A DNA stretch of 59,888 nt from the IMG/VR virus record IMGVR_UViG_3300032797_000052, positions 1 through 59,888 of that record; one strand, 5' to 3'. The notes below the pieces were generated by a model. That model had not been told where the DNA came from. It worked only from the letters and a program-made list of their open reading frames with translations, and searched no databases. A program made the position numbers and the translations under genes. Below are positions 58,714-59,888 of this stretch, piece by piece. Source of the DNA: a virus. Lineage: Duplodnaviria; Caudoviricetes. Numbering within the stretch: position 1 is the stretch's first letter; each line of letters starts with the position of its first letter.

Positions 58714-59097
58714 CTAGGATACTGTGGGAACGGGTAGAAGAATACTGATCTGTTTAACGGATTCAACATCCGTTATAACAGGCAATTCTACCACGTTCTC
58801 CACTATCTTTTCGGGCTGCATCAAAAGGGCGAGAGCCATTTGCCTCAGATCACCCTGATGCTGGTATCCGCGTAGATTTGTCTTTACTGGTACTATATTC
58901 CCATCATACGGGAGGAGGATAATCCAACGATCATCCTCAGTACCCTTCTCCCATCCAGTATTCAAGAACATGAGGGGAATATGGCGAAGTCCCTTACACA
59001 TCGCCCGAATTTCTGTACCAGATTTTCCGTATCTACTCGGACGTTGAGGCTCACCGGCTGAACCAGATGTATCAGGCTTCCCTGTTTTAGGGGTCAT
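58714..59097 (-). CDS. hypothetical protein (GC-rich)
   Basis: AAGGAG RBS; own promoter at 59163-59199. Confidence 0.65.
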   Translation of the reverse strand: MTPKTGKPDTSGSAGEPQRPSRYGKSGTEIRAMCKGLRHIPLMFLNTGWEKGTEDDRWIILLPYDGNIVPVKTNLRGYQHQGDLRQMALALLMQPEKIVENVVELPVITDVESVKQISILLPVPTVS

Positions 59098-59429
59098 GGA
59101 GTATTACTCCTTTTTGGGTACTATGTACCAGCCTGCCCATCAGGCGCGCCCTCTCCAGCCTTATTGTCCCACAGATTCCGAAAACGCACCTTAAAGATTC
59201 CGAATGAAAATAATTTTATTATTTGATGGAATTTAGGTACTCAAGTGTTGAGTAAGCGGAGAGTAAAAGAGAAATCTTGAGTAGACAAAGAGTAAAATTG
59301 AAGAATTTAGTAGTTAAAACTTTTGAGTACTCAGTAAAAAGTAAAGGAATTTGGAGTAAAAAAAATTATATTTAGTCCTAATATTCTATTATATATATTT
59401 ATTCTACCATAATTTGTTACTTTAAACAG

Positions 59430-59464
59430 AAAAAAGGGATAACCGCTTTTTTACGGTTATCCCT
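59430..59464 (-). terminator. rho-independent terminator
   Basis: AGGGATAACCG/CGGTTATCCCT plus T tract on minus. Confidence 0.75.
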
Positions 59465-59888
59465 CTCTTCTTTAGAATAGAAACTTTAGCAATTTACAAC
59501 TATTTTTAGTTCATGTTTATCCTCCTAGATATATCATTTTGTTATAAGTTAGAATTTAGAGTAATTATTATACTTATATGCTCTCCGAGGTAACGGAAAA
59601 TTTTTAGAAATCGGAAATTTTTATTACTTTATCAATATCCAAAATACTATAATAATTGTTAAACAAATTATAGTAGCCATTATAATACCTGTAATTTGTT
59701 CTCCGTTTAAAAGACACATAGGATATCCAAATTATTTGCCTACTTTCTTTACAATCATCTTTGGACGAAACTTATCAATCTCTTTCCTAATAGCATTAAA
59801 TGTATCCCAATCAATTAAATAAGCATTGTTAAGAGCATCATCAACATCAACATAATCCTCACCGCTAGGAGAATAAATAACACCACTA

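Overview
This is a ~60 kb fragment of a large, AT-rich, long-tailed (siphovirus-like) dsDNA phage. No integrase, CRISPR array or reverse transcriptase is visible. Bases 1-7.8 kb (minus strand) are a replication/recombination module: MazG-like fragment, HNH nuclease, Hjc-type resolvase, DnaB, gp32-like SSB, RecA and family A polymerase. Bases 7.8-8.5 kb are a divergent control region with iteron-like repeats, sigma70 promoters carrying LexA-like boxes and a structured RNA leader. Bases 11.0-19.8 kb form a ten-gene nucleotide-sugar synthesis, methylation and glycosyltransferase cluster fused directly to the terminase gene. Bases 19.8-52.5 kb are the virion module: TerL, portal, protease, MCP, neck, tail tube, frameshifted chaperone, tape measure and baseplate. 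It includes two appendage sub-modules, each pairing a GT4 glycosyltransferase with Thr/Ser-rich fibre proteins. Bases 52.5-59.9 kb are an early/terminal-like region with four tRNAs (including rare Ile-UAU), dense GAGTA(CTC) arrays, two unusual promoter classes and several highly structured non-coding RNAs. The two best candidates for new biology are (1) a self-contained virion glycosylation pathway and (2) a tRNA operon interleaved with kissing-loop and pseudoknotted ncRNAs. All protein calls come from motif recognition by eye; no searches were run.
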